A stretch of 64,000 bases of DNA. Origin: an uncultured Acidobacteriota bacterium. Lineage in GTDB: Bacteria > Acidobacteriota > Thermoanaerobaculia > UBA5066 > Gp7-AA6. This document shows positions 9,880 to 19,610 of the stretch, one piece after another (positions within the stretch are counted from its first letter, which is position 1; the number at the start of each line of letters is the position of its first letter). The notes under the pieces were generated by a model that saw only the letters and a list, made by a program, of their open reading frames with translations, did not search any database and was not told the DNA's origin. The stretch spans positions 65,524-129,523 of the forward strand of contig CAVXTP010000017.1 in the NCBI GenBank assembly GCA_963764715.1, read 5' to 3'. Position numbers and translations under genes: made by a program.

Positions 9880-9880
<1 letters not shown>
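8864..9880 (+). CDS. CDP-alcohol phosphatidyltransferase family protein with ~125-aa soluble N-terminal domain (AF2299/DIPP-synthase-like architecture)
   Basis: The GTG at 8864 overlaps the upstream stop (GTGA). The signature D-G-x2-D-G-x2-A-R-x8-G-x3-D-x3-D is intact (LDGCDGELARLKFQESRSGGLLDFWGDN), there are 6 hydrophobic helices, and a soluble N-domain precedes them (VSRVLVLGPPEG...LLGLPIVRRTALAARRAGFEEIAVI). Confidence 0.85.
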
Positions 9881-11229
<1,349 letters not shown>

Positions 11230-11245
11230 TTCGACTCCTTGGGCC

Positions 11246-11270
11246 GAGGGCGGCCGCCAGGGCCGCCCCT
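11246..11270 (+). terminator. GC-rich hairpin after the MIPS stop (AGGGCGGCC-GCCA-GGGCCGCCCCT), no U-tract
   Basis: A near-perfect inverted repeat read directly from the sequence, 17 nt after the TAG at 11227-11229. The core is shared with the hairpins at 44417-44440 and 48036-48058. Confidence 0.35.
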
Positions 11271-11330
11271 ACTCTTGAGGTGGCGGATGTTAAGCCCGGG
11301 CAGAGTAGGGGCGGGGCTTGTCCCCGCCCT
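11257..11330. repeat. composite palindromic element upstream of dinB (CCAGGGCCGCCCCTAC ... GTAGGGGCGGGGCTTGTCCCCGCCCT)
   Basis: CCGCCCCTAC at 11263-11272 is the reverse complement of GTAGGGGCGG at 11305-11314. The second unit also folds on itself (GGGGCGGGG/CCCCGCCC). The same two units recur at 12534-12626. Confidence 0.6.
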
Positions 11331-11356
11331 CTGACAGGCACAAACTCTCCCGCTGC

Positions 11357-12439
11357 GTGACCCTCCGCCGCATCCTGCACGTCGACATGGACGCGTTCTA
11401 CGCGTCCGTCGAACAGCGCGACGATCCGTCGTTGAAGGGCCGGCCGGTCGCGGTGGGCGGTTCTCCGGAGAGCCGCGGGGTGGTCGCGGCGGCGAGCTAC
11501 GAGGCGCGCAAGTTCGGCGTGCGTTCCGCCATCCCGATGGCCCGGGCCGTGCGGCTGTGCCCGGAGCTGACGATCCTGCGCCCGGACTTCAAGAAGTACG
11601 CGGCCGTCTCCGAGCAGGTCTTCGGCATCTTCCGCAGCGTGACGCCGCTCGTCGAGCCGCTCTCGCTCGACGAGGCGTATCTCGACGTCACGGAGAACTC
11701 CCTCGGCCTGCCGCTCGGCGTCGAGGTGGCGCGGCACCTCAAGCGGCGGATCCACGAGGAGACCCGCCTGACCGCCTCGGCCGGGGTCGCGCCGAACAAG
11801 TTCCTCGCCAAGATCGCCTCGGGCTGGAAGAAGCCGGACGGCCTGACCGTGATCGCGCCGGAGCGCGTCGAGCGGTTCCTCCAGGAGCTCCCGGTCGACG
11901 CCCTCTGGGGCGTCGGTCCCGTGACGGCCGGCCGGCTCCGGGCCGCCGGGATCCACCGTCTCGTCGACGTGCGCACCGCGCCGGCCGACGTGCTCCAGCG
12001 GGCCGTCGGAAGCTGGGCGGAGTCGCTCCGCCGCCTTTCCTTCGGCGAGGACGACCGGACGGTGGAGCCCAACCGGGAGCGCAAGTCGATCGGCTGCGAG
12101 GAGACGTACGCGAAGGACCTCCAGGACCTCGCGGCGATCGCGGGCGAGGTCGAGCGGCTGGCCCGCCGCACCGCCTCGATCCTCGAACGCAAGGCGCTCT
12201 TCGCGCGCACGGTGACGCTCAAGCTGCGATACGCCGACTTCACGACGATCACCCGGAGCGGCACGCAGGACCCCGCCTCGCGCGACGCCGACGGGATCGC
12301 CGCAAGGGCGGCCGCGCTGCTGGCGAAAACCGAGGCGGGAACCCGCCCGGTCCGCCTGCTCGGCGTCTCCGTCCACGGTCTCGCCTCCGAGCCCACCCCC
12401 GATGACGCCGAGCCGGACGATCTCCTGCCGCTCTCGTGA
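11357..12439 (+). CDS. dinB: DNA polymerase IV (Y-family translesion polymerase)
   Basis: VTLRRILHVDMDAFYASVEQRDDPSLKGRPVAVGG... has the same N-terminal layout as E. coli DinB (MRKIIHVDMDCFFAAVE). SLDEAYLDVT is also present. I trimmed the track start (a TTG at 11318, which lies inside a hairpin) to the GTG at 11357. Confidence 0.93.
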   Translation: MTLRRILHVDMDAFYASVEQRDDPSLKGRPVAVGGSPESRGVVAAASYEARKFGVRSAIPMARAVRLCPELTILRPDFKKYAAVSEQVFGIFRSVTPLVEPLSLDEAYLDVTENSLGLPLGVEVARHLKRRIHEETRLTASAGVAPNKFLAKIASGWKKPDGLTVIAPERVERFLQELPVDALWGVGPVTAGRLRAAGIHRLVDVRTAPADVLQRAVGSWAESLRRLSFGEDDRTVEPNRERKSIGCEETYAKDLQDLAAIAGEVERLARRTASILERKALFARTVTLKLRYADFTTITRSGTQDPASRDADGIAARAAALLAKTEAGTRPVRLLGVSVHGLASEPTPDDAEPDDLLPLS

Positions 12440-12533
12440 CTGCGCTCGCGGCGCGGCCCCGAGGGCGGCCGCAAGCCGGCCACCGGAGGCAGGCCCCCGA
12501 CCGTAGGCAACGCCGGCCGTAGGCCGGCGGTAA

Positions 12534-12626
12534 CCCAGGGCCGCCCCTACGACGGGGTTCAATACGGGAGTTCAAGATGTCGCGGGATCGCTCTGGTCGT
12601 AGGGGCGGGGCTCGTCCCCGCCCTAC
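12534..12626. repeat. second copy of the composite palindromic element, downstream of dinB; overlaps the stop codon of the convergent gene
   Basis: CCCAGGGCCGCCCCTAC lies at 12534-12550 and GTCGTAGGGGCGGGGCTCGTCCCCGCCCTAC at 12596-12626. The stop codon (cta, 12623-12625) of the minus-strand peptidase-like gene sits inside the hairpin. This is probably a bidirectional terminator. Confidence 0.6.
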
Positions 12627-13477
12627 TTCCCTGTCGTAATTCCTTTTCGAATGGAGGCGAGCGGCGCGGCGTCGTCGTAGACGGTCCGGCGGCCGTCCGC
12701 CGAGACGCCGAGCTCCTTCCACAGGGCCTCGAGGTCCACTCTGGTCGCCGCCTTTCCGAGCTTCGCGTAGAGCTCCGACAGGACCGGCACCCCCGTGGCG
12801 CGGTCGCCCGCCGCGAGGGCGCGCTCGATCGGCCACGAGACCGTGACGTTGCCCCCGGCCCTCACGATCCCGCGGAGCGCGTCGTCGAGCGATTTCCGGT
12901 TCCCCGTCCGCCTGCGGATCTCGACGTCGGCGAGAAAGCAGAAGGCGGCGCCTCCCCAGTACGTCGAGCCCCAGCTCCGGGCCTCGTCGAGGCCCGTGCT
13001 CCCGATCCCCTCGATCCCCTTCGGCAGGCCCCACAAGAGCCAGCGCCAGATCTCGTCCGGAGCGATGAGTCCCGCGCGGGCGCGGGCGAGCGGCTCGACG
13101 TACGTCGCGAGCCCTTCCTCGATCCACTCGTGGCCCGTCATCGAGGGAAAGGCGAGGTGCACCATCTCGTGGACGAGCACCCAGCTCGTCGCGAGGTCCT
13201 CGGCCGTGGTGTCTTCGCCGGCGGTGATCACGATCGCGGCCCGCCCCCGGTCGCCGAACGTGCGGCCCCCGGCGATCCCCCCGGCGCGGCCGGTGCGGAT
13301 CGTCAGGTCGACGCTCTCGACCGGGAACCCGCCGTAGTACACCGCCACGGCGCGAGCGGCTTTCCCGACCCACGCGAGCAGGTCGGCGCGCGACGGCGAG
13401 TCGCCGGCGCCCGCGAACGACACCTCGATCGTTCCGCCGGGAACCTCGATTCGGGAATCCGCCGGGGTCGCGAGCAA
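12623..13477 (-). CDS. MA-clan (gluzincin) zinc-metallopeptidase-like protein, probably secreted
   Basis: HEMVH plus a downstream EEGLATYVE form an HExxH...E zinc site, of the peptidase_MA-like type. The TTG at 13477 is the first canonical start, but a signal-peptide-like RRPSAILSLALAAALLA is encoded in frame just upstream (see finding). Confidence 0.75.
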   Translation of the reverse strand: MLATPADSRIEVPGGTIEVSFAGAGDSPSRADLLAWVGKAARAVAVYYGGFPVESVDLTIRTGRAGGIAGGRTFGDRGRAAIVITAGEDTTAEDLATSWVLVHEMVHLAFPSMTGHEWIEEGLATYVEPLARARAGLIAPDEIWRWLLWGLPKGIEGIGSTGLDEARSWGSTYWGGAAFCFLADVEIRRRTGNRKSLDDALRGIVRAGGNVTVSWPIERALAAGDRATGVPVLSELYAKLGKAATRVDLEALWKELGVSADGRRTVYDDAAPLASIRKGITTGK

Positions 13478-13517
13478 GGCCGCCGCGAGCGCCAGGGAAA
13501 GGATCGCCGAGGGCCTT

Positions 13518-14858
13518 CTAGCGCTTGTCCATCGGCTTGAACGGCCGCTCGCCCGGACCGAGGTACACCTGCCGCGGCCGCGCGATCTTCTCCTCCGGGT
13601 CCTCGAGGAGCTCCCCCCACTGCGCGAGCCAGCCGGAGGTGCGCGGGATCGCGAAGAGGACCGTGAAGGCCGCCGTCGGCAGGCCGATCGCCTGGTAGAT
13701 CAGGCCCGAGTAGAAGTCGACGTTGGGATAGAGCTTGCGCTTGACGAAGTACTCGTCCTGGAGGGCGATGCGCTCGAGCTCGAGCGCGATGTCGAGGAGC
13801 GGGTTGCGTCCCGTGACCTCGAAGACCTCCTCGGCCATCTTCTTGATGATCTTGGCGCGCGGGTCGAAGTTCTTGTAGACGCGGTGCCCGAACCCCATCA
13901 GCCGCTTCTCGCCCTTGCCTTCCTTGACTTCTTTGATGAACCCCGGCACCCGCGAAGTCGAACCGATCTCCGCCAGCATCTTCAGAACTTCCTCGTTGGC
14001 CCCGCCGTGGAGCGGCCCGTAGAGGGCCGCGGCCGCGCCCGCGAGCGCCGAGTAGGGGTCCGTGTGCGCCGAGCCGATCCCGCGCATGGCGTTGGTGCCG
14101 CAGTTCTGCTCGTGGTCCGCGTGGAGGATGAAGAGGACGTCGAGCGCGCGCACCAGTGTCGGGTTCGGCTTGTAGTTCTCGGCGGGCGTCTTGAAGAGCA
14201 TCGTGAGGAAGTTCGAGGTGTAGTCCAGGTCGTTCGAGGGGTAGACGTAGGGCATCCCCATCGAGTGCTTGTAGGCGAACGCCGCGATCGTCGGCATCTT
14301 GGCGATCAGGCGGTGGACCTGCTTGGTCCGCACGGCCGGGTCGTGGACCTCGCGCCCTTCGGGGTAGAAGGTCGACATCGCGGCGACCGTCGCGATCAGC
14401 ATCCCCATCGGGTGCGCGTCGTAGTTAAACGCGTCCATGACCTTCTTCAGGCTCTCGTGGATCATCGTGTGGTACGTGATCGCGTGGACCCACTCGTCGT
14501 ACTGCTTGCGGTTCGGCAGCTCGCCGTAGAGGAGCAGGTACGCGACCTCGAGGTAGGTGCACTTCTCGGCCAGCACCTCGATCGGGTAGCCGCGGTACTG
14601 CAGGATTCCCTTGTCGCCGTCGATGAAGGTGATGCGGCTCGTGCACGAGGCCGTGTTCAGGAACGCGGGGTCGTAGGCCATCAGGCCGAAGTCCTCGGGC
14701 CCGGTCTTGATCTGCCGCAGGTCCATCGCCTTGATCGTGCCGTTCTTTATCGGGACCTCGTAGACGCGCCCGGTTCGCTCGTCTTTGATCGTCAGCGCGT
14801 CCTTGCGCGTGCCGGCGGTCGACATCGTCTCTTCCTTCGCCGTTTCCACGGTGGCCAT
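13518..14858 (-). CDS. gltA: citrate synthase
   Basis: A 446-aa ORF with the motifs ITFIDGDKGILQYRGYPIE, LFILHADHEQNCGT and MGFGHRVYKNFDPRA (catalytic His/Asp contexts). GGAGG lies 6 nt upstream of the ATG. Confidence 0.95.
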   Translation of the reverse strand: MATVETAKEETMSTAGTRKDALTIKDERTGRVYEVPIKNGTIKAMDLRQIKTGPEDFGLMAYDPAFLNTASCTSRITFIDGDKGILQYRGYPIEVLAEKCTYLEVAYLLLYGELPNRKQYDEWVHAITYHTMIHESLKKVMDAFNYDAHPMGMLIATVAAMSTFYPEGREVHDPAVRTKQVHRLIAKMPTIAAFAYKHSMGMPYVYPSNDLDYTSNFLTMLFKTPAENYKPNPTLVRALDVLFILHADHEQNCGTNAMRGIGSAHTDPYSALAGAAAALYGPLHGGANEEVLKMLAEIGSTSRVPGFIKEVKEGKGEKRLMGFGHRVYKNFDPRAKIIKKMAEEVFEVTGRNPLLDIALELERIALQDEYFVKRKLYPNVDFYSGLIYQAIGLPTAAFTVLFAIPRTSGWLAQWGELLEDPEEKIARPRQVYLGPGERPFKPMDKR

Positions 14859-14904
14859 GAGAACCTCCGAGTCTTATTCTCTAACGAAAGCCTGCAACGC
14901 GTGC

Positions 14905-16245
14905 CTATGTCCGGCTCAGGCCCCGATCGAGGTGCTCGATCAGGACGTCGGGGCCTTCGAGCCCCACCGACAGCCGGATCAGCCCCGGGGTGATCCCCCG
15001 GGCGAGGCGGTCGGCCTCGGGCACGGCCGAGTGGGTCATCGACGCCGGGTGCTGGATGTACGAGATCGCGGAGCCGAGGCTCACGGCGAGCTCCATCGGG
15101 GTGTCCCGGCGGGCGAAGTAGTTCATCAGACGCTCCCCGGCGGGGGCTCCCCCGGCGAGGTCGAAGCTGATGACCCCGCCGCCGCGGCGCATCTGCCGGC
15201 GGGCGAGATCGGCCTGCGGGAAATCCGGGAACCCGGGGTAGTGGACGTGGGCGACTTCCGGGTGGCCGCGCAGGAACCCCGCGATGAGCGCGGCGCTCCG
15301 GCACTGCTCCTTCTGTCGCACGGCCAGGCTCTGCACGGTCATGGAGTTCAGCCAGGAGTCGAACGGCGAGGGGGTCGCCCCCAGATCCTTGTACCAGTTG
15401 AAGAGGCCTTCCTTCATGAACCGGAACGGGCCGAGCACCGCCCCGCCGACCGACGTCGAATGCCCGTTGACGTACTTGGTCAGCGAGTGCAGCACGAAGT
15501 CCGCGCCGAGGCGGAAGGGCTGCTGGAGGTAGGGCGAACAGAACGTGTTGTCGACGGCGAGCAGGATGCCGCGCTCCTCGGTCAGGCGCGAGATGCGCTC
15601 GATGTCGGCCAGGCGCAGCGTCGGGTTCTCGGGGCTCTCGAGGAAGACGAGCGCGACGTTCGGGTGCTCGTCGAGGGCGGCTTCGACGGCCGCGAGGTTT
15701 CCCATGTCGCAGAAGACGGAGCCCACGCCGAACTTGGCCATTCCGCGGAGCAGGCTGTCCGTGCAGCCGTAGACGTTGCCCGCGAGGACCGTGTCGCCGG
15801 CGCTCAAGACCGAGGCGAAGAGCGCGGAGACGGCGCCCATGCCGGAGGAAAAGATGAGGGTGCCGATCGTCGGCTCGAGCTCGTCCGCGGCCAGGGCCTT
15901 CTCGACGACGTGGTGGGCCTCGAGCTGGAAGAGGACGCGCTCGAGGTACTCGGTCGTCGGGTTGCCGAGGCGCGTGTAGATCCGGGCGTAGGGCCGCTCA
16001 CCCCCCCGGGTCAGCCCGAGGAAGCGGTCGGCGCCGTCCCGCACGCTGCGGAAGGCGAAGTTGGACCGCTGGTGGATCGGGGGCAGGCCGGTGCCCGCCG
16101 CGAGGGCGCGGAACACTCCCTCGGAAAGCTGCCGCTCTTCGTCCCGCACCCACCGGGTCTTCCGGTCTATCCACCAGTCCCACCAGGGCCAGCGACCGGC
16201 TCCCAGGGCCGAGACCAGACCGGGGCGCACCGTCTGGGTTTCCAT
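14905..16245 (-). CDS. Cys/Met-metabolism PLP enzyme (methionine gamma-lyase / O-acylhomoserine sulfhydrylase family)
   Basis: This is the C-terminal 446 aa of ORF 14905..16563. Motifs include YTRLGNPT, SSGMGAVS and VLHSLTKYVNGHS (PLP lysine). The start is set at the ATG at 16245 (METQTV...), which leaves a Trp-rich N-terminal extension. The start is uncertain. Confidence 0.85.
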   Translation of the reverse strand: METQTVRPGLVSALGAGRWPWWDWWIDRKTRWVRDEERQLSEGVFRALAAGTGLPPIHQRSNFAFRSVRDGADRFLGLTRGGERPYARIYTRLGNPTTEYLERVLFQLEAHHVVEKALAADELEPTIGTLIFSSGMGAVSALFASVLSAGDTVLAGNVYGCTDSLLRGMAKFGVGSVFCDMGNLAAVEAALDEHPNVALVFLESPENPTLRLADIERISRLTEERGILLAVDNTFCSPYLQQPFRLGADFVLHSLTKYVNGHSTSVGGAVLGPFRFMKEGLFNWYKDLGATPSPFDSWLNSMTVQSLAVRQKEQCRSAALIAGFLRGHPEVAHVHYPGFPDFPQADLARRQMRRGGGVISFDLAGGAPAGERLMNYFARRDTPMELAVSLGSAISYIQHPASMTHSAVPEADRLARGITPGLIRLSVGLEGPDVLIEHLDRGLSRT

Positions 16246-16348
16246 GAGAATGGAATACCCCAGGACGATGAGGCCGGGACGATGCGTTTGCATCAAGTTC
16301 GGGCGGAACCTCTCCCGGACGGGCGCGTCTCCCCGCCGGGAGGCCGAC

Positions 16349-17389
16349 ATGCGCCGGTTCCTTTCGCGTCTTGCCGCCGGGGCCCTGCTGGCCGCGGCCG
16401 CGACAGCCGCCCCGGGCCTTCGCCCGGACCCCCCCGCCCCGCCTCCGGGAGTCCCGGCCGAGGACCGGATCCGGCTCGCCGAGGCCTTTCGGCTGGCCGA
16501 CCACGTCGGGGACCGGATCTGGCCGGGCTGGAGCCGCGTCCCGTTCGCCGTGCTCCTCGTCACCGGCGAGACCGAGTACTTCGTCCGCCACGCAAGGCCT
16601 CCCGCGGACGCCCGGCCGATCGGAAGGGACCCCCTGCTCGGCTCCGAGATCTATGCCCGCCCGAGGAGCCTCCCGACGAATCTGCTCGCGACCTTCCCGA
16701 TCGAGGGCATCTCGACCGTCGTCGTCGGACAGGCCTCGAACACCGCGGCGGGCTCGCCGACCGACTGGGTCGTGACGCTCCTCCACGAGCACTTTCATCA
16801 GCTCCAGGACGCGCAGCCGGGATTCACCGAAAAAGTCGCCGCGCTCGGCCTCGCGCGCGGCGACGCGACGGGGATGTGGATGCTGAACTTTCCGTTCCCC
16901 TACGATTCGAAGCCCGTCGGCGAGGCCTACCGCGCGGCCGCCTCGGCGCTGCGCGAGGCCGTCGCCGGCGCCGATCCTGCGGCCTTCCTGGCCGCGCGGG
17001 CGAGGCTGCGCGCGACGCTCGCGCCGGACGACCTTCGGTACTTCGACTTCCAGCTCTGGAAGGAGGGCGTGGCGCGGTACACGCAGGTGCGCGTGGCGCG
17101 CTTCGCGGCCTCCGGGTACGCGCCGCTTCCCGACTTCGCGGCCCTGCCCGGGTTCGTGACGTACGCGGCCCTCGCGCAATCGCTCGCCGGCGCGATCTCG
17201 ACCGAGCTTTCCGAGCTCTCGCTGACCGAGGCGCGGCGCGTCGTCGTCTACCCGCTCGGCGCGGGCGAGGCGTTCCTGCTCGACCGCGAGCGGCCGTGCT
17301 GGCGGGAAGAATATTTTTCCAGGATGTTCACGCTGGCGCCCGCCTTCGATCGAAAGGATTGCGGGAAGGGGACGGCCGCGAGAGGATAG
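16349..17389 (+). CDS. secreted hypothetical protein with HExxH motif
   Basis: The ATG at 16349 lies inside ORF 16061..17389. It has a signal peptide (MRRFLSRLAAGALLAAAATAAP) and the motif LLHEHFHQLQ. I recognise no family. Confidence 0.65.
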   Translation: MRRFLSRLAAGALLAAAATAAPGLRPDPPAPPPGVPAEDRIRLAEAFRLADHVGDRIWPGWSRVPFAVLLVTGETEYFVRHARPPADARPIGRDPLLGSEIYARPRSLPTNLLATFPIEGISTVVVGQASNTAAGSPTDWVVTLLHEHFHQLQDAQPGFTEKVAALGLARGDATGMWMLNFPFPYDSKPVGEAYRAAASALREAVAGADPAAFLAARARLRATLAPDDLRYFDFQLWKEGVARYTQVRVARFAASGYAPLPDFAALPGFVTYAALAQSLAGAISTELSELSLTEARRVVVYPLGAGEAFLLDRERPCWREEYFSRMFTLAPAFDRKDCGKGTAARG

Positions 17390-17394
17390 CGGCC

Positions 17395-17865
17395 ATGACG
17401 ACACCGGCCGCGAGCCTCCAGGACACTTACGCGCCCCAGAACCGCTGCTTCGGTTGCGGGCCCGCCAACGAGAAGGGCCTCCGCATCAAGAGCTTCGTCG
17501 AGGGTGACACGGTCGTGGCCGAGTGGCGGCCGCAGCCCCATCACCTCGCCTTCGAGGGCGTGCTGAACGGCGGAATCTGCGGGGCGCTCCTCGACTGCCA
17601 CAGCAACTGGGCGGCGACGTACCATCTGATGAAGCAGTCCGGCAGCTCCACCCCGCCCTCCACGGTGACGGCGGATTTCCACGTGACGCTCAAGCGGCCC
17701 ACGCCTCTGGACGTTCCCCTGAAGCTGACCGCGCGCGTGGTCGAGTCGACGGAGGACCGGGCCGTCGTCGAGGCGACCATCGAGGCCAACGGCAAGGTCA
17801 CGGCGACCTGCCGCGGGACCTTCGTGGCCGTCCAGCCGGGCCACCCCGCGTACCACCGGTGGTGA
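17395..17865 (+). CDS. PaaI-family hot-dog thioesterase
   Basis: The tail of ORF 14785..17865 from the ATG at 17395. CFGCGPANEKGLRIK, then HLAFEGVLNGGICGALLD, is typical of PaaI/YbgC-like thioesterases with an N-terminal Cys motif. Confidence 0.8.
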   Translation: MTTPAASLQDTYAPQNRCFGCGPANEKGLRIKSFVEGDTVVAEWRPQPHHLAFEGVLNGGICGALLDCHSNWAATYHLMKQSGSSTPPSTVTADFHVTLKRPTPLDVPLKLTARVVESTEDRAVVEATIEANGKVTATCRGTFVAVQPGHPAYHRW

Positions 17866-18611
17866 GCGCCAGGCTGTCCCGGCGCCTGGCGGCGCTCCTG
17901 CTCTGCGCCCTTCCGGCGGCCGCGCTGGCGGGCGCGACCGTCGAGAAACGCACCGTGACCTCGCGCGGGAAGAAGCGCACCTACTACCTGTATGTCCCCG
18001 ACGGCCTCGCCGCCGACCGGAAGGCGCCCCTCCTCGTGACCGTCCACGGCTCTACGGCCGACGGCCGCTCGCTCGTCGAGCGCTGGAAGGAGATGGCCTC
18101 CGCGAAGGGAATCATCCTCGCCGGCCCCGACGCGACGGACAACGCGCGCTGGGCGTCGCCCCAGGACGGCCCGCTGTTCCTCAAGGACGTCGTCGACGAC
18201 GTCTCCGCGAGCCACGCGGTCGACGGCCGCCGCATGTATCTCTTCGGCCAGTCCGCCGGGGCGGTCTTCGCCCTGCAGATGGCGGTCCTCGAATCCGAGT
18301 ACTTCGCGGCCGCCGCCATCCACGCCGGGGCCATCAGCTCGGACTACTTCTCGATCTTCGACGCCGCGACCCGCAAGATCCCGCTCGCGATCTACATCGG
18401 CACGCGCGACCAGTTCTTCCCGCTCGACGTCGTGCGGGCCACGAGCGAGGCCCTGAAGGCGCGCGACTTCCCCCTGCTCTACAAGGAGATCCCGGACCAC
18501 CGGCACAGCTACGCCGAGGTGTCCGAAAAGATCAACCCCGAGATCTGGGAGTACTTCGAGAGCCACCCCCTCCCGGCCGACCCCCGCTACATCAACTACC
18601 GGGACCCCTGA
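17862..18611 (+). CDS. secreted alpha/beta hydrolase (PHB-depolymerase-family esterase-like)
   Basis: The GTG at 17862 overlaps the upstream stop (GTGA). It has a signal peptide, the motifs YYLYVPDGL...PLLVTVHG, and the nucleophile elbow GQSAG. Confidence 0.8.
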   Translation: MSARLSRRLAALLLCALPAAALAGATVEKRTVTSRGKKRTYYLYVPDGLAADRKAPLLVTVHGSTADGRSLVERWKEMASAKGIILAGPDATDNARWASPQDGPLFLKDVVDDVSASHAVDGRRMYLFGQSAGAVFALQMAVLESEYFAAAAIHAGAISSDYFSIFDAATRKIPLAIYIGTRDQFFPLDVVRATSEALKARDFPLLYKEIPDHRHSYAEVSEKINPEIWEYFESHPLPADPRYINYRDP

Positions 18612-18665
18612 GCCGGGCCTGGCGGTAAGATCGGCCGCACGAACCCCGAAGTCGTCGCCGCCATC

Positions 18666-19610
18666 GTGAATCTCCGTGCGAAGGGCGTCCTCTCGGACGC
18701 GCAGGCGGAAGCGTTCGCCCCGGTCGCCCGCGGAGAACGCCTCTCCATTCGTGGTGAGCTGCGGCTCCTTCTCTACGGCGGCGTTCTGCTCCTCGCCGGA
18801 GGCATCGGCCTCTTCCTGAAGGAGAACCACGAGCGCCTCGGCCCGGCCCTCATCGCCGCGCTCGCCGGCGCGGCCGCCCTGGGCTGCTTTGCCTACGTCG
18901 TCCGACGCGCGCCCCCCTTCTCCTGGGGCCCGGTCGCGTCGCCCCACATCGCGGTCGACTACCTGCTGCTGCTCGCCATGCTCGTCTTCGCCGCCGACCT
19001 CGCCTACGTCGAGACGCAGTTCCGGCTCCTCGGGCCGAACTGGCCCTATCACCTGCTCGTCGTCGCGATCGCTGGCTTCGCGGCGGCGTACCGCTTCGAC
19101 TCGCGCGCCGTGCTGACCCTCGCGCTGACCTCGTTCGCGGCGTGGCGCGGGGTCTCGGTCGGAATGCCCTTCGCCGACGGAGGGGCGGCGACCGGCTCGC
19201 CCGGCGCCGTCCGCGCCAACGCGATCGCCTGCGGGCTCCTCTACGTCGCGGCCGGAATCGTCTCCGTGCGATGGCGGCGCAAGGCCCACTTCGAGCCGGT
19301 CTGGGTGACGGGGGGCCTCGTCCTCGTCTTCGGCGCGCTGCTGTCCGGTGCGTGGGGGCACGGATCCGAGCCGTGGCCCCTCTGGGAGGCCGCGCTCTTC
19401 CTCCTCGCGGCCGTCGTCATGGCGATCGCCTACCGGCTCCGCCGGCCGCTCGACTTCGCGATCGCCCTCGCCGCCGTCTACCTCGGCGGCCTGCGCGCGC
19501 TCGAAGGCCTCATCTCGGGCCCCGACGACATGCTGATCGTCGCGGCCTGGAGCATCGGCGCGCTCGTCGTCCTCATCGCCGCGACACGGCGGCTGCGGAG
19601 AACGGAGTGA
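18666..19610 (+). CDS. polytopic membrane protein (DUF2157-like)
   Basis: A 314-aa ORF with a short soluble N-terminus followed by about 8 hydrophobic helices and GC-rich third positions. Confidence 0.6.
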   Translation: MNLRAKGVLSDAQAEAFAPVARGERLSIRGELRLLLYGGVLLLAGGIGLFLKENHERLGPALIAALAGAAALGCFAYVVRRAPPFSWGPVASPHIAVDYLLLLAMLVFAADLAYVETQFRLLGPNWPYHLLVVAIAGFAAAYRFDSRAVLTLALTSFAAWRGVSVGMPFADGGAATGSPGAVRANAIACGLLYVAAGIVSVRWRRKAHFEPVWVTGGLVLVFGALLSGAWGHGSEPWPLWEAALFLLAAVVMAIAYRLRRPLDFAIALAAVYLGGLRALEGLISGPDDMLIVAAWSIGALVVLIAATRRLRRTE

